Positions 1 through 9,898 of a DNA stretch of 64,000 nucleotides are shown here, in pieces. The stretch comes from Candidatus Bathyarchaeota archaeon (GTDB taxonomy: Archaea > Thermoproteota > Bathyarchaeia > Bathyarchaeales > Bathycorpusculaceae). The translations under genes were made by a program, and so were the position numbers. Under the pieces are notes generated by a model, which saw only the letters and a list, made by a program, of their open reading frames with translations, ran no database searches and had not been told where the DNA came from. The stretch lies in assembly GCA_963782525.1 (NCBI GenBank), contig CAWAKC010000006.1, forward strand, positions 1-64,000, in the 5' to 3' direction. The stretch's first letter is position 1. Every line of letters starts with the position of its first letter.

Positions 1-1
1 G

Positions 2-316
2 GCTTTTTGGGGTGCACCAGTTAAAACAGGTTATTTCGCTAGCACAATTTACAAACAGATTTCCAACGGCGAGGGCGTTGTTGGGATTGCTGCTTCCTAC
101 GGTCGCATTGTTGTTGAAGGTTCAGCTCCTCATGAGATCCGAGTTGCCAACGGCGGAGTCTTATCTTTTATGGTTGCTGGAAAACGCATCTTCACGCCTA
201 TTGTTCATCATCCCGGAACTAAGCCTAATCCGTTTTTGCAGAAAGCAGCTGACAAAGCGCAAAGCAAAATTGGCGTCACTTTTGCAGAGTTGTGGCTCGA
301 GTTGGTGAGTGGCTGA
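2..316 (+). CDS. HK97 gp10-like tail/neck protein (5'-truncated)
   Basis: Frame 2 (not the track ORF 12..308) reads APVKTGYFASTI...YGRIVVEGSAPHEI...VHHPGTKPNPFLQKA, the usual gp10-family pattern; TGA at 314-316. Confidence 0.8.
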   Translation, partial: AFWGAPVKTGYFASTIYKQISNGEGVVGIAASYGRIVVEGSAPHEIRVANGGVLSFMVAGKRIFTPIVHHPGTKPNPFLQKAADKAQSKIGVTFAELWLELVSG

Positions 317-317
317 C

Positions 318-826
318 ATGACGAAGTTTTATGATAGCTACAAAGGAGTTTTTGATGCTATTCAAGCTGCATTAGTTTATGTTCCAGCGGTTCCTGCTGT
401 TCCTGCGCATGATGGACTTCCAGAGGTTAAAGCAGTACCCGCTAAAGGCGTTGCAGAACTCAAAACAGTTCTAATCGGCGAGCAATTCACCTTCGATATG
501 CTGCCAAAGGCGACAATAAACCCAATTCCCGGACCGATATCACCTCTTAGCAACGACAACTTCCTATGCGTAACCATCCGAGGCGTTATCACAGTTGCCA
601 TCCAGGAATACAAACCTAAAGATTGGTTCAAAGACGTAATTTTACCCATGGGCGCCGTGGTCGATGCTATCCTTGCCGATCGCAAACTAAAAGGCGTCGC
701 CAAAGACTGCATCACAACAGAGTTTGCCCAGGAGAAATAAAATTCAAAGATGCTTCAGGGAAAGACCGTCTTCTCTATGGAGGAGATATCTTTTTTGAAG
801 CTACAGTTTGGCTTATGAGATCCTAA
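318..826 (+). CDS. Putative tail terminator/completion protein (frameshift near 728)
   Basis: Lies between gp10-like and tail tube genes; ORF ending at 740 continues in another frame as PGEIKFKDASGKDRLLYGGDIFFEATVW to 826. Confidence 0.55.
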
Positions 827-882
827 ATTACAGGTAACCTTGCAATGGCAAGTTACAAAAAAACAAATGAGGAATAAAAAAA

Positions 883-1284
883 ATGAGTACACCAACCGTA
901 AATACATATTTTGGCCGTGACGCCAGATTCTTTAAAGATACAACTGTAGTTGCTCACTCGAATAGTTTGAGCCTAAAAGCATCAGCCCAATTAATCAAGC
1001 TGAAAAGCAACGATTCTTTGCAGCCAATTAAAACCAAAGTGGGAGAACAAACTTTCACCTGGACATGCGAACGTCTTTTCACTGGAAAAGAATTCCTTGC
1101 AGCCTTGATCGCTGGAACCGAATTCGATATCGTCTTTGCTCCTGACGGCGATGATGAAGGCGACGATTCTGAAACTTGGACTAACTGCCACATAACTGGT
1201 GTTGAGCGCAAAACAGCCGATGGCGTTCTTGAAACCGTTACCGGCGAAGCTGAAAGCGTCTCTTTTCCAGAAGTAACGCCATAG
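883..1284 (+). CDS. Major tail tube protein
   Basis: 133 aa, beta-rich, strong upstream GAGG; precedes chaperone and tape measure; no sheath gene nearby. Confidence 0.7.
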   Translation: MSTPTVNTYFGRDARFFKDTTVVAHSNSLSLKASAQLIKLKSNDSLQPIKTKVGEQTFTWTCERLFTGKEFLAALIAGTEFDIVFAPDGDDEGDDSETWTNCHITGVERKTADGVLETVTGEAESVSFPEVTP

Positions 1285-1289
1285 GTTGA

Positions 1290-1754
1290 TTGACTTTGAA
1301 TAAGGAAGAATTAGCAGCCGCCCGCAACAGCCCCGAGAATCAGAAGCGAATAGCAGAACTTAAGAAAATGGCTGATGTTGAAAGCGCTAAACGTGCTACA
1401 GCAGCTAAGGTCTTTGATCCCGTAGCTCTGCTTAAGAGAGCTTCTGAGATTCATGAGTTTACTCACCCAACCCTGGGCATAGTTAGATTTGGCGAGTTAA
1501 CCCTAAACGACTCAGCAATCCTTGAGAAATGCACAACTCCAGCGGCAAAAACTGCCATGACACTTTACTTAATGCTAAAAAAAGCAAATCCCAACCTGCC
1601 AGAATACAAACCCGAGAACATCTTGGATTTCTACAACGTTTTCCCACTAGCTGAAGGCGCTGCTCTTTTGCAATTCATCAGTGAGCAACCAAGTTTTTTA
1701 CCCAAAAAAAGCTCGAAGAATGGATCAACATCCACGTTGGAGCCCAAGACTTAG
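1290..1754 (+). CDS. Tail assembly chaperone (gpG-like); gpGT-like -1 frameshift product ends at 1867
   Basis: Between tube and tape measure genes; slippery T TTT TTA at 1694-1700 and an open -1 frame to TGA 1865-1867. Confidence 0.75.
   Translation: MTLNKEELAAARNSPENQKRIAELKKMADVESAKRATAAKVFDPVALLKRASEIHEFTHPTLGIVRFGELTLNDSAILEKCTTPAAKTAMTLYLMLKKANPNLPEYKPENILDFYNVFPLAEGAALLQFISEQPSFLPKKSSKNGSTSTLEPKT
1694..1700 (+). promoter_or_regulatory. Programmed -1 ribosomal frameshift heptamer (T TTT TTA)
   Basis: X XXY YYZ heptamer in register with the chaperone frame; the -1 frame fills the gap to the tape measure ATG at 1875. Confidence 0.7.
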
Positions 1755-1874
1755 GCTATGTAATGAGCACGTTTTCTCAGTACGGCTCTTTCGAAGCTGT
1801 TGGGGAACTAAGCATAACTCGGTTTAAGTTTTTGGCAGCCTGGGCAAGATGGAACAAAAAGAAGTGAAAAAATA

Positions 1875-3185
1875 ATGAACGATGTAGAGTTTAAGCTAAA
1901 ATGCATTGATGAAGCCTCTGGAGCGGTAGCTGATGCTTCCAAACGTATCACTGCAAGCTTAGATGAAGTTTCTGATTCAGAATCCAGAGTGGCTCAAAGT
2001 GTGGAAGACACCGTTGCTCCTCTATCCGATAGTGAACGAGGGCAGCTGGAAAGCGCTGGAACTGCACTACAGCTTAAGACTGCTGAGCAGGATCTAAAAG
2101 ATGCTCAAGATAACCTCAATGGCGCCATAAGGGGCTATGGCACCAATAGCAAAGAAGCAGCCTCAGCTCTGCGGGATTTAAATTCTGCTCAATCAAATGT
2201 TTCTTCCCTTCAAGCTCAAGTCGGCGAAACAACCCAGCAAAGCACAGCTTCGATGAAAAGCTTCGCAACCGGATTATCCGGTGCAGCAACCGCTTCCTTT
2301 AGCCTCTATTCAGCTTATGACCGCATTGAGCAGGTTGAAATTAGGGTTGATCGAGCTAACTTAATGGTGCATTCAAGCACAAAAGCAGTTGAAGATGCGC
2401 AGCGAGCTCTAAGCGACGCTGTTTCAAAATATGGCGCTAACAGTGACGAAGCACGGGCGGCAACTGAAAGATACAGCATCGCCCAGGAACGCCTCGCAGT
2501 ATCTAACGATCAAGCTGAGCAGGCACAGCAAAACGTTAGCCAAGCAATAATGGCAAGTGCCCTTCAAGTAATTCCAACCTCAATAACTATGATTGACAGC
2601 TTAAGCAAGGCATGGAAGAATTTTCCAGATATTAGTTCTCTATTAACGAAAATCTCAACAAGGGTTGCTGACGTTGGGATTTCAGCGAAAACTGCTGCGA
2701 TAGGTGTAGCGGCTTTTATGGGCGGCTTCCTAATCGCCGATTCCATCTTGGGCTCATTACCTGAAAACATTCGCCAAATAGCAGGCGCCCTAACAGCTTC
2801 AATTGCCGCGATAGTTGCTGCAACCATTGCTTGGATGGCTTTTAACGGAACCATGACTGTGGGTGTTGCGGTTCCAATTATTCTTGCTGCAGTCGGCGTG
2901 GGGATCGCTGGAGTAAAAGCCGCAGTTGCCATGGCGGAAGGAGGCGTCATTGACCGACCAACTCTTATTTTGGCAGGAGAAGCAGGACCAGAAATTGTTG
3001 AACCACTCTCAAGGTACGAAAGCCGCAAAGCTCTCGAAAGCCCGATCGCCCCCTCACAGCTGCCTCAGCAAATAATTCCAGTTACTATCACTTTGAATGT
3101 TTTCGAAGAAGCTGACTATGAGAAAGCCAAAGAAAAAGTGCTTGATGGAATAAGCGAAGCATACGCAAGGCAGAGAGGCACATAA
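1875..3185 (+). CDS. Tape measure protein (short, 436 aa)
   Basis: Ala/Ser/Gln-rich coiled coil, hydrophobic segments, C-terminal MAEGGVIDRPT..AGEAGPE motif. Confidence 0.85.
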   Translation: MNDVEFKLKCIDEASGAVADASKRITASLDEVSDSESRVAQSVEDTVAPLSDSERGQLESAGTALQLKTAEQDLKDAQDNLNGAIRGYGTNSKEAASALRDLNSAQSNVSSLQAQVGETTQQSTASMKSFATGLSGAATASFSLYSAYDRIEQVEIRVDRANLMVHSSTKAVEDAQRALSDAVSKYGANSDEARAATERYSIAQERLAVSNDQAEQAQQNVSQAIMASALQVIPTSITMIDSLSKAWKNFPDISSLLTKISTRVADVGISAKTAAIGVAAFMGGFLIADSILGSLPENIRQIAGALTASIAAIVAATIAWMAFNGTMTVGVAVPIILAAVGVGIAGVKAAVAMAEGGVIDRPTLILAGEAGPEIVEPLSRYESRKALESPIAPSQLPQQIIPVTITLNVFEEADYEKAKEKVLDGISEAYARQRGT

Positions 3186-3187
3186 CC

Positions 3188-3679
3188 TTGTCTGAACAAA
3201 TTATAATTAACAATTCAGGAGGAATCGAAACTGATTCTGAATGGCTCAGCACCTACAATGATAGACCTGAAGATGGCGTCGCATATCAATTTCGTTTATT
3301 CAGCTCTTCAGTTATCTCTCGCATAAACATCAAGATGCGCAGGTATGATTCGCCATCATCAGTTCTTACCGCGTACATCCGTGAAAGCAATGGTGCTTTT
3401 GGAAGTGGTGACTTCGTGCCAGGTTCAAACATTGCTACGAGCACTAACATAGTCAACGCTGATGAGTTATATTCTGAAAATAATGACGTCGAGTTTTCGT
3501 TTAACAATGTAGAGTTAGCTGCTGGAGTCTATTGCATAGTAGTTATGGCTGTGGATGAAGCCTTCGAGAATGGCGCCATTGTTATGCCTATCATGGAGTC
3601 AGGCGGTTCATCTCAATTTGGTGCTCCAGCTTGGTGGAGCTTCTATGATCAAGTTTGGTATAGCTGGAACGATGATTAA
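3188..3679 (+). CDS. Virion tail-tip beta-sandwich protein
   Basis: Follows tape measure; acidic, beta-rich; may be the N-terminal part of the next gene. Confidence 0.45.
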   Translation: MSEQIIINNSGGIETDSEWLSTYNDRPEDGVAYQFRLFSSSVISRINIKMRRYDSPSSVLTAYIRESNGAFGSGDFVPGSNIATSTNIVNADELYSENNDVEFSFNNVELAAGVYCIVVMAVDEAFENGAIVMPIMESGGSSQFGAPAWWSFYDQVWYSWNDD

Positions 3680-3681
3680 CC

Positions 3682-4113
3682 ATGAATTACAAACCTTTCT
3701 TGTCAATTTACGGCACCTATGAGCAGATTGCAACCTGGACGATTAGCGATGTTTCTTTGCCTTATGGTCCTGAAAAAATCGAGCTCTCAAAGAAATGTGA
3801 TAAAGAAGCTATCCCTCAAACGGGAGAAGACCCCATGAACATCGTCGATGGCTTAAGCACAGAAGTCTCATTAGGAGGCTCTATATCCGATGATTCCAAA
3901 AATGATGCTGAAATATGGGATAGCATTCTTTTTCCGTTGCTTAGTTTGATTGGCAAACAAGTAACAGTGCTATGTCCAATTAACGGCTTGAATGGTGAGT
4001 GGCTAATTGATAGCTTCACGCCCGTAAAAGATACTGCCCTTTCAATTTACAAGTACACTTTGCGTTTGAGCAAGGGCTGCTTGAACATCAATATTGCTGA
4101 ATATGAGGATTAA
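3682..4113 (+). CDS. Distal tail-like protein
   Basis: Position before the hub gene; size and beta pattern (SLGGSI..., GEWLIDSF, YKYTLRL). Confidence 0.5.
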   Translation: MNYKPFLSIYGTYEQIATWTISDVSLPYGPEKIELSKKCDKEAIPQTGEDPMNIVDGLSTEVSLGGSISDDSKNDAEIWDSILFPLLSLIGKQVTVLCPINGLNGEWLIDSFTPVKDTALSIYKYTLRLSKGCLNINIAEYED

Positions 4114-4116
4114 ACC

Positions 4117-5739
4117 ATGGCGGCTGGTTGGGAAATACGCTATGTTGATTACAATGACTCCGAACGAATACTTCCAGCTGAGTTTGACCAAGTATTCGAT
4201 GAAGTTGGCGGCGAAGCATACCTAACTTTCTCAATCCCAAACATTGACAACTTTAGAAACTTTATTGACAACTACAGCAATGTCGAAGTATCCGCTTATT
4301 TTGCTGGAGCTTTTGTGTTTTCTGGACAGTTTTTGTCAGCTGACATATCCGCTAAAAAAATTAAGTTAACAGTTTACGATGCAGTGATGGTTGCGCTCGA
4401 CCAAGCTGAGCCTTTCACAGGAGTCTATGATGAGATCCCTGCAAATACTATTCTCTATGACATAACTAACTCTGGAAGCATAGTTCAAGTCGGAGAATGC
4501 CCAGCAGATCCTGTAACAGTAATTTTCTACAATGCAAACCGCCTGGATTGCATAAATTTTCTTGCTGAAGCACTCGCTGCAGAAGCCTACTCCAAATATG
4601 GTTCAGAAATAGACATTGGAACAAAAGGCAACGCTGAACACGAATGGGACCCTGACTTGCGCTTGAGTGTAAGTAAACGGGCTATTGACTACAGAAAATA
4701 TGCCAACCAAGTTGTTATCCGTGGAGTTGACGCATTAGGATATCACATTAAAGGCGTAGCTGGTTATGGAACACCTTGCCGAACTTTTAATGAAGATAAC
4801 GTCTCAACAGAGACTGCGTTAAACAATATTGCTTCCAAACGATTAAACGAACTGAGGACTTCATCCGCTGGAGCTCCTGTATCCGTGCCAATAACTCAGG
4901 GATATTACTTCAACGCTGGAGATTTCATCAATCTCTATAAACCAAGATACATGTTGTATGGCGGCCAATTTCGCATTATGCAAATAATCAAAAAGAAAAC
5001 TTGTGTGCAGATGCAGCTTGACAAGATTCGCCCAGACATCTCAAAAGTCGTGGCTGATCTCAAACGCTGGGAAGATAAGGGCATTTACCTACCAGGTTCA
5101 GGTGCCTGGGCAATCAATCTGCAAGGACTTGTTGGTTTATACCGTTTGGATGAAGGTACAGACACCGTTGCTAAAGATCACGCGCCAATAGAAGATCCCC
5201 AAGATGGCGCCATCGTTAATGGTCACTGGGAAGAAAACTCTGTTCTGCCAACAAAATATCAAGCCCTTCAAGGCGACGGCTACGTCGATTGTGGAAGCAG
5301 CATTACCTTTAGCGGCGATGACCAATTTTCTGTTGGCTGCTGGTTTAGCCCTTCGAGCCTAACAGGAAATCCACGCTATTTGATGCATAAAGATGGACAA
5401 TTTGCGCTCTCCCATGTGGGAACAAACGGCGTTTTGCGCTTCACATTTACAGATTCAAATAACGCAATTCAAACTTTTGATTCTAACCCTGGCTTAGTCA
5501 AGGTTGGTGGGCGCCACTTTGCCTTAATCAGCTATGACGGCGTAACAGTAAAAATGTACATGAATGGACACCTGCATAAAACATTCAATCAAACAGGCGC
5601 ACCCCATGTTTCATCAAACAAGGTGTATCTTGGAGTAAGTTTTCAAGGAATTATCGCTCATTGCATGCTTTGGTCGAGGCGTTTAGTTGACCAGGAGGTG
5701 CTTGAACTCTACTTTTTTCCCCTTAATCGAGTTATATAA
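4117..5739 (+). CDS. Baseplate hub/Tal-like protein with C-terminal LamG (concanavalin A-like) domain
   Basis: N-terminal hub-like part (YANQVVIRG); C-terminal LVGLYRLDEG...FSVGCWF...HFALISYDGVTVKMYMNG LamG pattern. Confidence 0.7.
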   Translation: MAAGWEIRYVDYNDSERILPAEFDQVFDEVGGEAYLTFSIPNIDNFRNFIDNYSNVEVSAYFAGAFVFSGQFLSADISAKKIKLTVYDAVMVALDQAEPFTGVYDEIPANTILYDITNSGSIVQVGECPADPVTVIFYNANRLDCINFLAEALAAEAYSKYGSEIDIGTKGNAEHEWDPDLRLSVSKRAIDYRKYANQVVIRGVDALGYHIKGVAGYGTPCRTFNEDNVSTETALNNIASKRLNELRTSSAGAPVSVPITQGYYFNAGDFINLYKPRYMLYGGQFRIMQIIKKKTCVQMQLDKIRPDISKVVADLKRWEDKGIYLPGSGAWAINLQGLVGLYRLDEGTDTVAKDHAPIEDPQDGAIVNGHWEENSVLPTKYQALQGDGYVDCGSSITFSGDDQFSVGCWFSPSSLTGNPRYLMHKDGQFALSHVGTNGVLRFTFTDSNNAIQTFDSNPGLVKVGGRHFALISYDGVTVKMYMNGHLHKTFNQTGAPHVSSNKVYLGVSFQGIIAHCMLWSRRLVDQEVLELYFFPLNRVI

Positions 5740-6508
5740 TAGGCTTACCGGTACGATTCCAACTGCGGACGTCATAAGATATTTCAACTACAATCTTGAT
5801 GAGCCAATTACAGTTAGGCGCCACTTATCTTTTTCTAAAGACATGGCAATCGCATCAAAGCGTCATTTTGATTGTTGTCTGGATTCAGCAACAAATGTTA
5901 ATAGACATTTTCTTTTTATTCTTGCTCCGGAGTTTGATGACACGCCACCAGGCTGCATTTACCCATTTGCAGGACTCATAGCCAACATTCCATCTGGGTA
6001 TTTGCTTTGTAACGGTGCAAGCCTCCTAAGAAGCACATATCCAACGTTGTTTTCTGCAATAGGCACAATTTATGGAGCTGTCGATGGAACTCACTTCAAC
6101 CTTCCGGACTACCGCGATAGAATGATTATTGGTGCCACCCAGGATGATTCAGGAGTACCAAAAACTAACGTGACAGGTGCATTGACTGCAAGCGGTGGAA
6201 ATATTACTTTGGATCATTCAAATGGAGCGGTTACAAGAGGACCAAGCGGAGTTACAGTTGACAACCACGGAAACCACGTTCACAGTGGCTCAGCTAGCCA
6301 CACACAAGTGTCGAGCAAGCAAGGTTCTTCCTCTGGGAACGTTGTGACAACCAACACTCATGGAAACACAGGAAACCAAACCTCAACATTAACTCACAGT
6401 GTTGTTGAGCCTAACGCAGGAGCTGGGCACGATCACGCATTTACACAACCCAGCAACCACACCGCAATCCCGCCCTACTTCGCTGTGGTTTACATGATTA
6501 AAACTTGA
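5687..6508 (+). CDS. Tail fibre protein with tail collar domain
   Basis: PPGCIYPFAG..IPSGYLLCNG..RSTYPTLFSAIGTIYG....FNLPDYR collar motif, HxH repeats, PPYFAVVYMIK end; start codon uncertain. Confidence 0.85.
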   Translation: MTRRCLNSTFFPLIELYNRLTGTIPTADVIRYFNYNLDEPITVRRHLSFSKDMAIASKRHFDCCLDSATNVNRHFLFILAPEFDDTPPGCIYPFAGLIANIPSGYLLCNGASLLRSTYPTLFSAIGTIYGAVDGTHFNLPDYRDRMIIGATQDDSGVPKTNVTGALTASGGNITLDHSNGAVTRGPSGVTVDNHGNHVHSGSASHTQVSSKQGSSSGNVVTTNTHGNTGNQTSTLTHSVVEPNAGAGHDHAFTQPSNHTAIPPYFAVVYMIKT

Positions 6509-6517
6509 GGCGCCAAA

Positions 6518-7339
6518 ATGGTTAACCCAACAATAGCATTCACAGCCGACATCACTGAGCCAGACATATACAACGACATAAACGGACTTCCTGACTCCTT
6601 CACCATGAACATCCTAAACGGAATAACAAACACCCACACAGCAACCCTATACTTCAAAGCCTCACTCGTTTCTCCTCCAGCAGCCTACACTTCATCTTCA
6701 ACCAATCTTGGCTCTTTAGCTCCTGGGCAAAGTGGCTTTTTCATATTTACCCCAGAACGTCACCTACCAACCTTGACGGGCGGCGAATACGATGAAACCT
6801 TAACATTTAGAATAGATGCTTACACCGATTCAGGCTATACTGCAGCCTACGCCAATCAAACTCTAAGCGTTAACATACATCATTTTGACCATGCAGATGC
6901 AGCATGGACAGTAATTGAACACGCTGATTTCAACTATGACCTATGCGGTTGGACACGTGCAGGCGTATATTATTATGAGATTGTCAACGACCATTTCTAT
7001 TCATCACCGGGAAGCGTAGCTGTAAGTTACAACGGCTATGGATCTTCAAGCTACAGTCCAGGCTACGTTGAAAAGAACATCACTGTAGGAGGTGCCTATT
7101 CTAAAGCCCGTTTTGTCTGTCACATTTACCGAGATGATGCAGCAGACGATGATATAGAAATAAAATTGGGATCAATTGTCAAGAAAGGTCGAACTTTGCC
7201 TTTGCCCAATCAAACATGGTGTCGTTTATCTTGGAATATGCCAGTTAACGCGACTACGCTGGCGCATTTTTGGTGTAACGGACGCACGTATCTTTATCCT
7301 CATTATCACTTAGATGAAGTTTGGGTTATAGCAAAGTAG
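6518..7339 (+). CDS. Putative virion/receptor-binding protein
   Basis: In tail operon; aromatic/Thr-rich beta-sandwich-like sequence. Confidence 0.45.
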   Translation: MVNPTIAFTADITEPDIYNDINGLPDSFTMNILNGITNTHTATLYFKASLVSPPAAYTSSSTNLGSLAPGQSGFFIFTPERHLPTLTGGEYDETLTFRIDAYTDSGYTAAYANQTLSVNIHHFDHADAAWTVIEHADFNYDLCGWTRAGVYYYEIVNDHFYSSPGSVAVSYNGYGSSSYSPGYVEKNITVGGAYSKARFVCHIYRDDAADDDIEIKLGSIVKKGRTLPLPNQTWCRLSWNMPVNATTLAHFWCNGRTYLYPHYHLDEVWVIAK

Positions 7340-7351
7340 TGAAGTGGAAAA

Positions 7352-7669
7352 ATGCCTGAAACTAAAATAATCTCGAATCAATCACCTCAATTCAAAAGCG
7401 AAATCGAGGCTGCCTTAGCAGACGGATGGATACCTGACGAGTTCTATGGCCCTAACGGTGTAAAAGAAGTTAACAAGCAAATACGGCATTACTTCATAAG
7501 GTTTAGTGACCAGGAAAAGCTGGATCTTGAGAAGAAAAACGCTCAAGTTGTGTTGGAGCCAGACACCAACTCAACAGAGGAGAGCTTCAACATTACAGCT
7601 GTTTTCGAGGGTAGAACACTCATATTTGAAAACTGCAAACCCAAAGACAAAGTTGAAATAAAATCTTGA
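7352..7669 (+). CDS. Hypothetical viral protein
   Basis: Last ORF of the tail operon, closely spaced. Confidence 0.55.
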   Translation: MPETKIISNQSPQFKSEIEAALADGWIPDEFYGPNGVKEVNKQIRHYFIRFSDQEKLDLEKKNAQVVLEPDTNSTEESFNITAVFEGRTLIFENCKPKDKVEIKS

Positions 7670-7841
7670 GCGCAAAACACATAATTTTCCCGTCAACACA
7701 AACGTTATAACAGAGTTTTGGTGCCGAGGCGCCACATACGACTATCCCTGTTACTTAAAGGGGGATATTTAATTGTTTTATTATTAAGGCAAAACCTTAA
7801 AACTCGATAGCTTCGAAATAATAAAACTGGCTGTCAAAAAC

Positions 7842-8480
7842 TTGGAAAAATCCCCTATCAATTATCTTTTGGAGCTTAGGCTTTCTGGGACTGCAAGAAA
7901 ATATGTTGAGGATACAGCTTTTGATGTTGCTTACAAGTTTGACGTTAATGGAGTGACTAGAAAGAGAGTTGTTCCTCATGTTACCGTAATCGGTCCAATC
8001 AAAACCCTACATGAAAAGCAACTTATCCATGAAATGATTCAGATTTGTATGAAGTATGACCTAATGACAATAAGGTTTAGTGGTTTTTCAAGTTTCGGTA
8101 ATTGGCTTTTTGGAAAAAGAGTAATAGGAGTAAAGATAGAACCATCAAATGAACTTGAATCACTTAGGTTAGAATTAGTGAAAAGATTTGCTAGTTTTTG
8201 TCAACTTTACAAGTTTGATTCAAGAAAATGGAAGCCTCATTCTACTATTGCATTCAAAGATATTGATAAGAAGTTTGGAAAAATCAAGAAATATTTAGAA
8301 ACTAGAAGTTGTCCTAAAATAAAACATTATGTTCTTAGAGTTACGTTACTGAAAAATGGAAAAATCCTTTGTGAGTATGATTTTCTACAACATCGAGCAT
8401 TAAATCGGGATGAGGCATTGAGTAGAGAAATTAAAAAAACGACTTTGATTCTTCTTAAGAGAAGGCGTCGATTAATATAA
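7842..8480 (+). CDS. 2H phosphoesterase (2'-5' RNA ligase-like)
   Basis: Two HxT motifs, PHVTV and PHSTI, ~87 aa apart. Confidence 0.8.
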   Translation: MEKSPINYLLELRLSGTARKYVEDTAFDVAYKFDVNGVTRKRVVPHVTVIGPIKTLHEKQLIHEMIQICMKYDLMTIRFSGFSSFGNWLFGKRVIGVKIEPSNELESLRLELVKRFASFCQLYKFDSRKWKPHSTIAFKDIDKKFGKIKKYLETRSCPKIKHYVLRVTLLKNGKILCEYDFLQHRALNRDEALSREIKKTTLILLKRRRRLI

Positions 8481-8543
8481 TAATGCGCTTGATGATTTAA
8501 CGATGAAAAAACTTAAAACATGAAAACAATGAAATAGTTCAAC

Positions 8544-9308
8544 ATGACAAGTAAAGACTTAAGAGATTACAAAAATAGCGTGCTTATAGGTATTATCATT
8601 GCTTTAGTTGTCCAAGGAGTTTATGATGCATTAAATCTTCTATATGGGGATTCTATAAATCCAGCAAATAGATGGTGGTTACCACTTTTGATAACTCTGT
8701 TTATTGTTGTTTTGTTCTTCTCCGCTTATTACATAATAAAAGTTTCTTTAAAAGACAAAAATAAAATCAGATGGTGGCAAACAAAATACACTTGGTTCAC
8801 AATTGTATCCGTTATTATCGCTTTTTTATTTCCTTTTCTAATGGATATTGCTTCTTTCCTTGGTTGGGTGTTGGTGTTAAAAGAACAAATTTTAATTGCT
8901 TTGCTCGGTGTTGAAGCGACAATTTTTGGTTTTTTCGGGTTGATATTCGTGAATGGTTTGGCTTCATTTAGAAGTATATTTGAAATACTTGCAAGGGGTT
9001 TCGATAAACAACGAGAACCAAAAGATGCCAGTGATTATGCTAGAGCATGGTGGGAAGCACACTCTGCTACTACCGAAAATAGAATCGCATACATCAATCA
9101 TTCCTTAGTCACTGGTGCTTTCTTAATTTCCTCAATTTTCTCGGTAATACTTGCATTAGCAGTTACTTCTGGGGATTGGAATTTCTATCTATCATATTTG
9201 TCAATCGGAATATTGTTGATTGTATGCATACCCCAGATCTTATGGGCAATTCGTGATTTAGGAAAAGACACATATCAAAATTGGTCTCAACCTATTTTTA
9301 AACCCTAA
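8544..9308 (+). CDS. Multi-pass membrane protein
   Basis: About six hydrophobic helices; AT-rich cargo. Confidence 0.65.
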   Translation: MTSKDLRDYKNSVLIGIIIALVVQGVYDALNLLYGDSINPANRWWLPLLITLFIVVLFFSAYYIIKVSLKDKNKIRWWQTKYTWFTIVSVIIAFLFPFLMDIASFLGWVLVLKEQILIALLGVEATIFGFFGLIFVNGLASFRSIFEILARGFDKQREPKDASDYARAWWEAHSATTENRIAYINHSLVTGAFLISSIFSVILALAVTSGDWNFYLSYLSIGILLIVCIPQILWAIRDLGKDTYQNWSQPIFKP

Positions 9309-9898
9309 CATTCACTCAGCTTTAGTCCCAAACAAAAATACTCCAAACCCTCCATATATAATATGATTGTGCCTCAAGAAAACCATTTAGAACTAATTTT
9401 TTAACAACACACCTACAGCATTTTGAGAATGAGAACACTTACATAGAGTGTTAGCTTTCGATGGTATCTCGTTCCTGATAATGCTTAATTTTTCTTATTG
9501 ATTTCAATGTTGTTTGTTTCTGTTGTTTTTGCTTATTTGTTTATTTTTTGATGTTTTCTTTTCAGTGTGTAGGCGTAGCTGGTCGTTTTTCACTGTTTTG
9601 GGGGAACTGTTTGTTTTTAGCTGTTGTTTGGGCGTAAAAAGTCTTTTTAGCGCTTGCTTACAGAATAGGAGTTATCATAGCTTTGTTTGTAGGTGTTGAA
9701 GCGTGGAATCGGGATCTGTTGATTTGTAGGGCGTTGGCTGAGTTTTAATGAGAGGAGGAACATACAACTATCCTTACCATTGGGGTTGATGAGGACGGGG
9801 TTAAACAAAGTAATGATATAAAATAATGCATGTAACAAAATCTGCTTAGTCATAATGCCCCTTCGATGAATAAGCAGCGCGAGGAAAAAAAGAACAAA

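Noticed and set aside
12-308. Track ORF of 98 aa
   Set aside because: Wrong frame; the overlapping frame 2..316 carries the HK97 gp10-like motifs
883-6508. Contractile injection system or tailocin (suggested by the collar fibre)
   Set aside because: No sheath or baseplate wedge genes; gp10-like, chaperone frameshift, terminase and integrase point to a siphovirus-like provirus
7719-7729. TGGTGCCGAGG resembles a tRNA 3' end (CCTCGGCACCA) at the tail/cargo boundary
   Set aside because: Only 11 nt, no T-arm next to it, and it does not match the tRNA-Pro end; too weak to call an att site
9309-9898. Short ORFs 9514..9699 and 9647..9853
   Set aside because: Low-complexity T-rich intergenic DNA with no recognisable motifs
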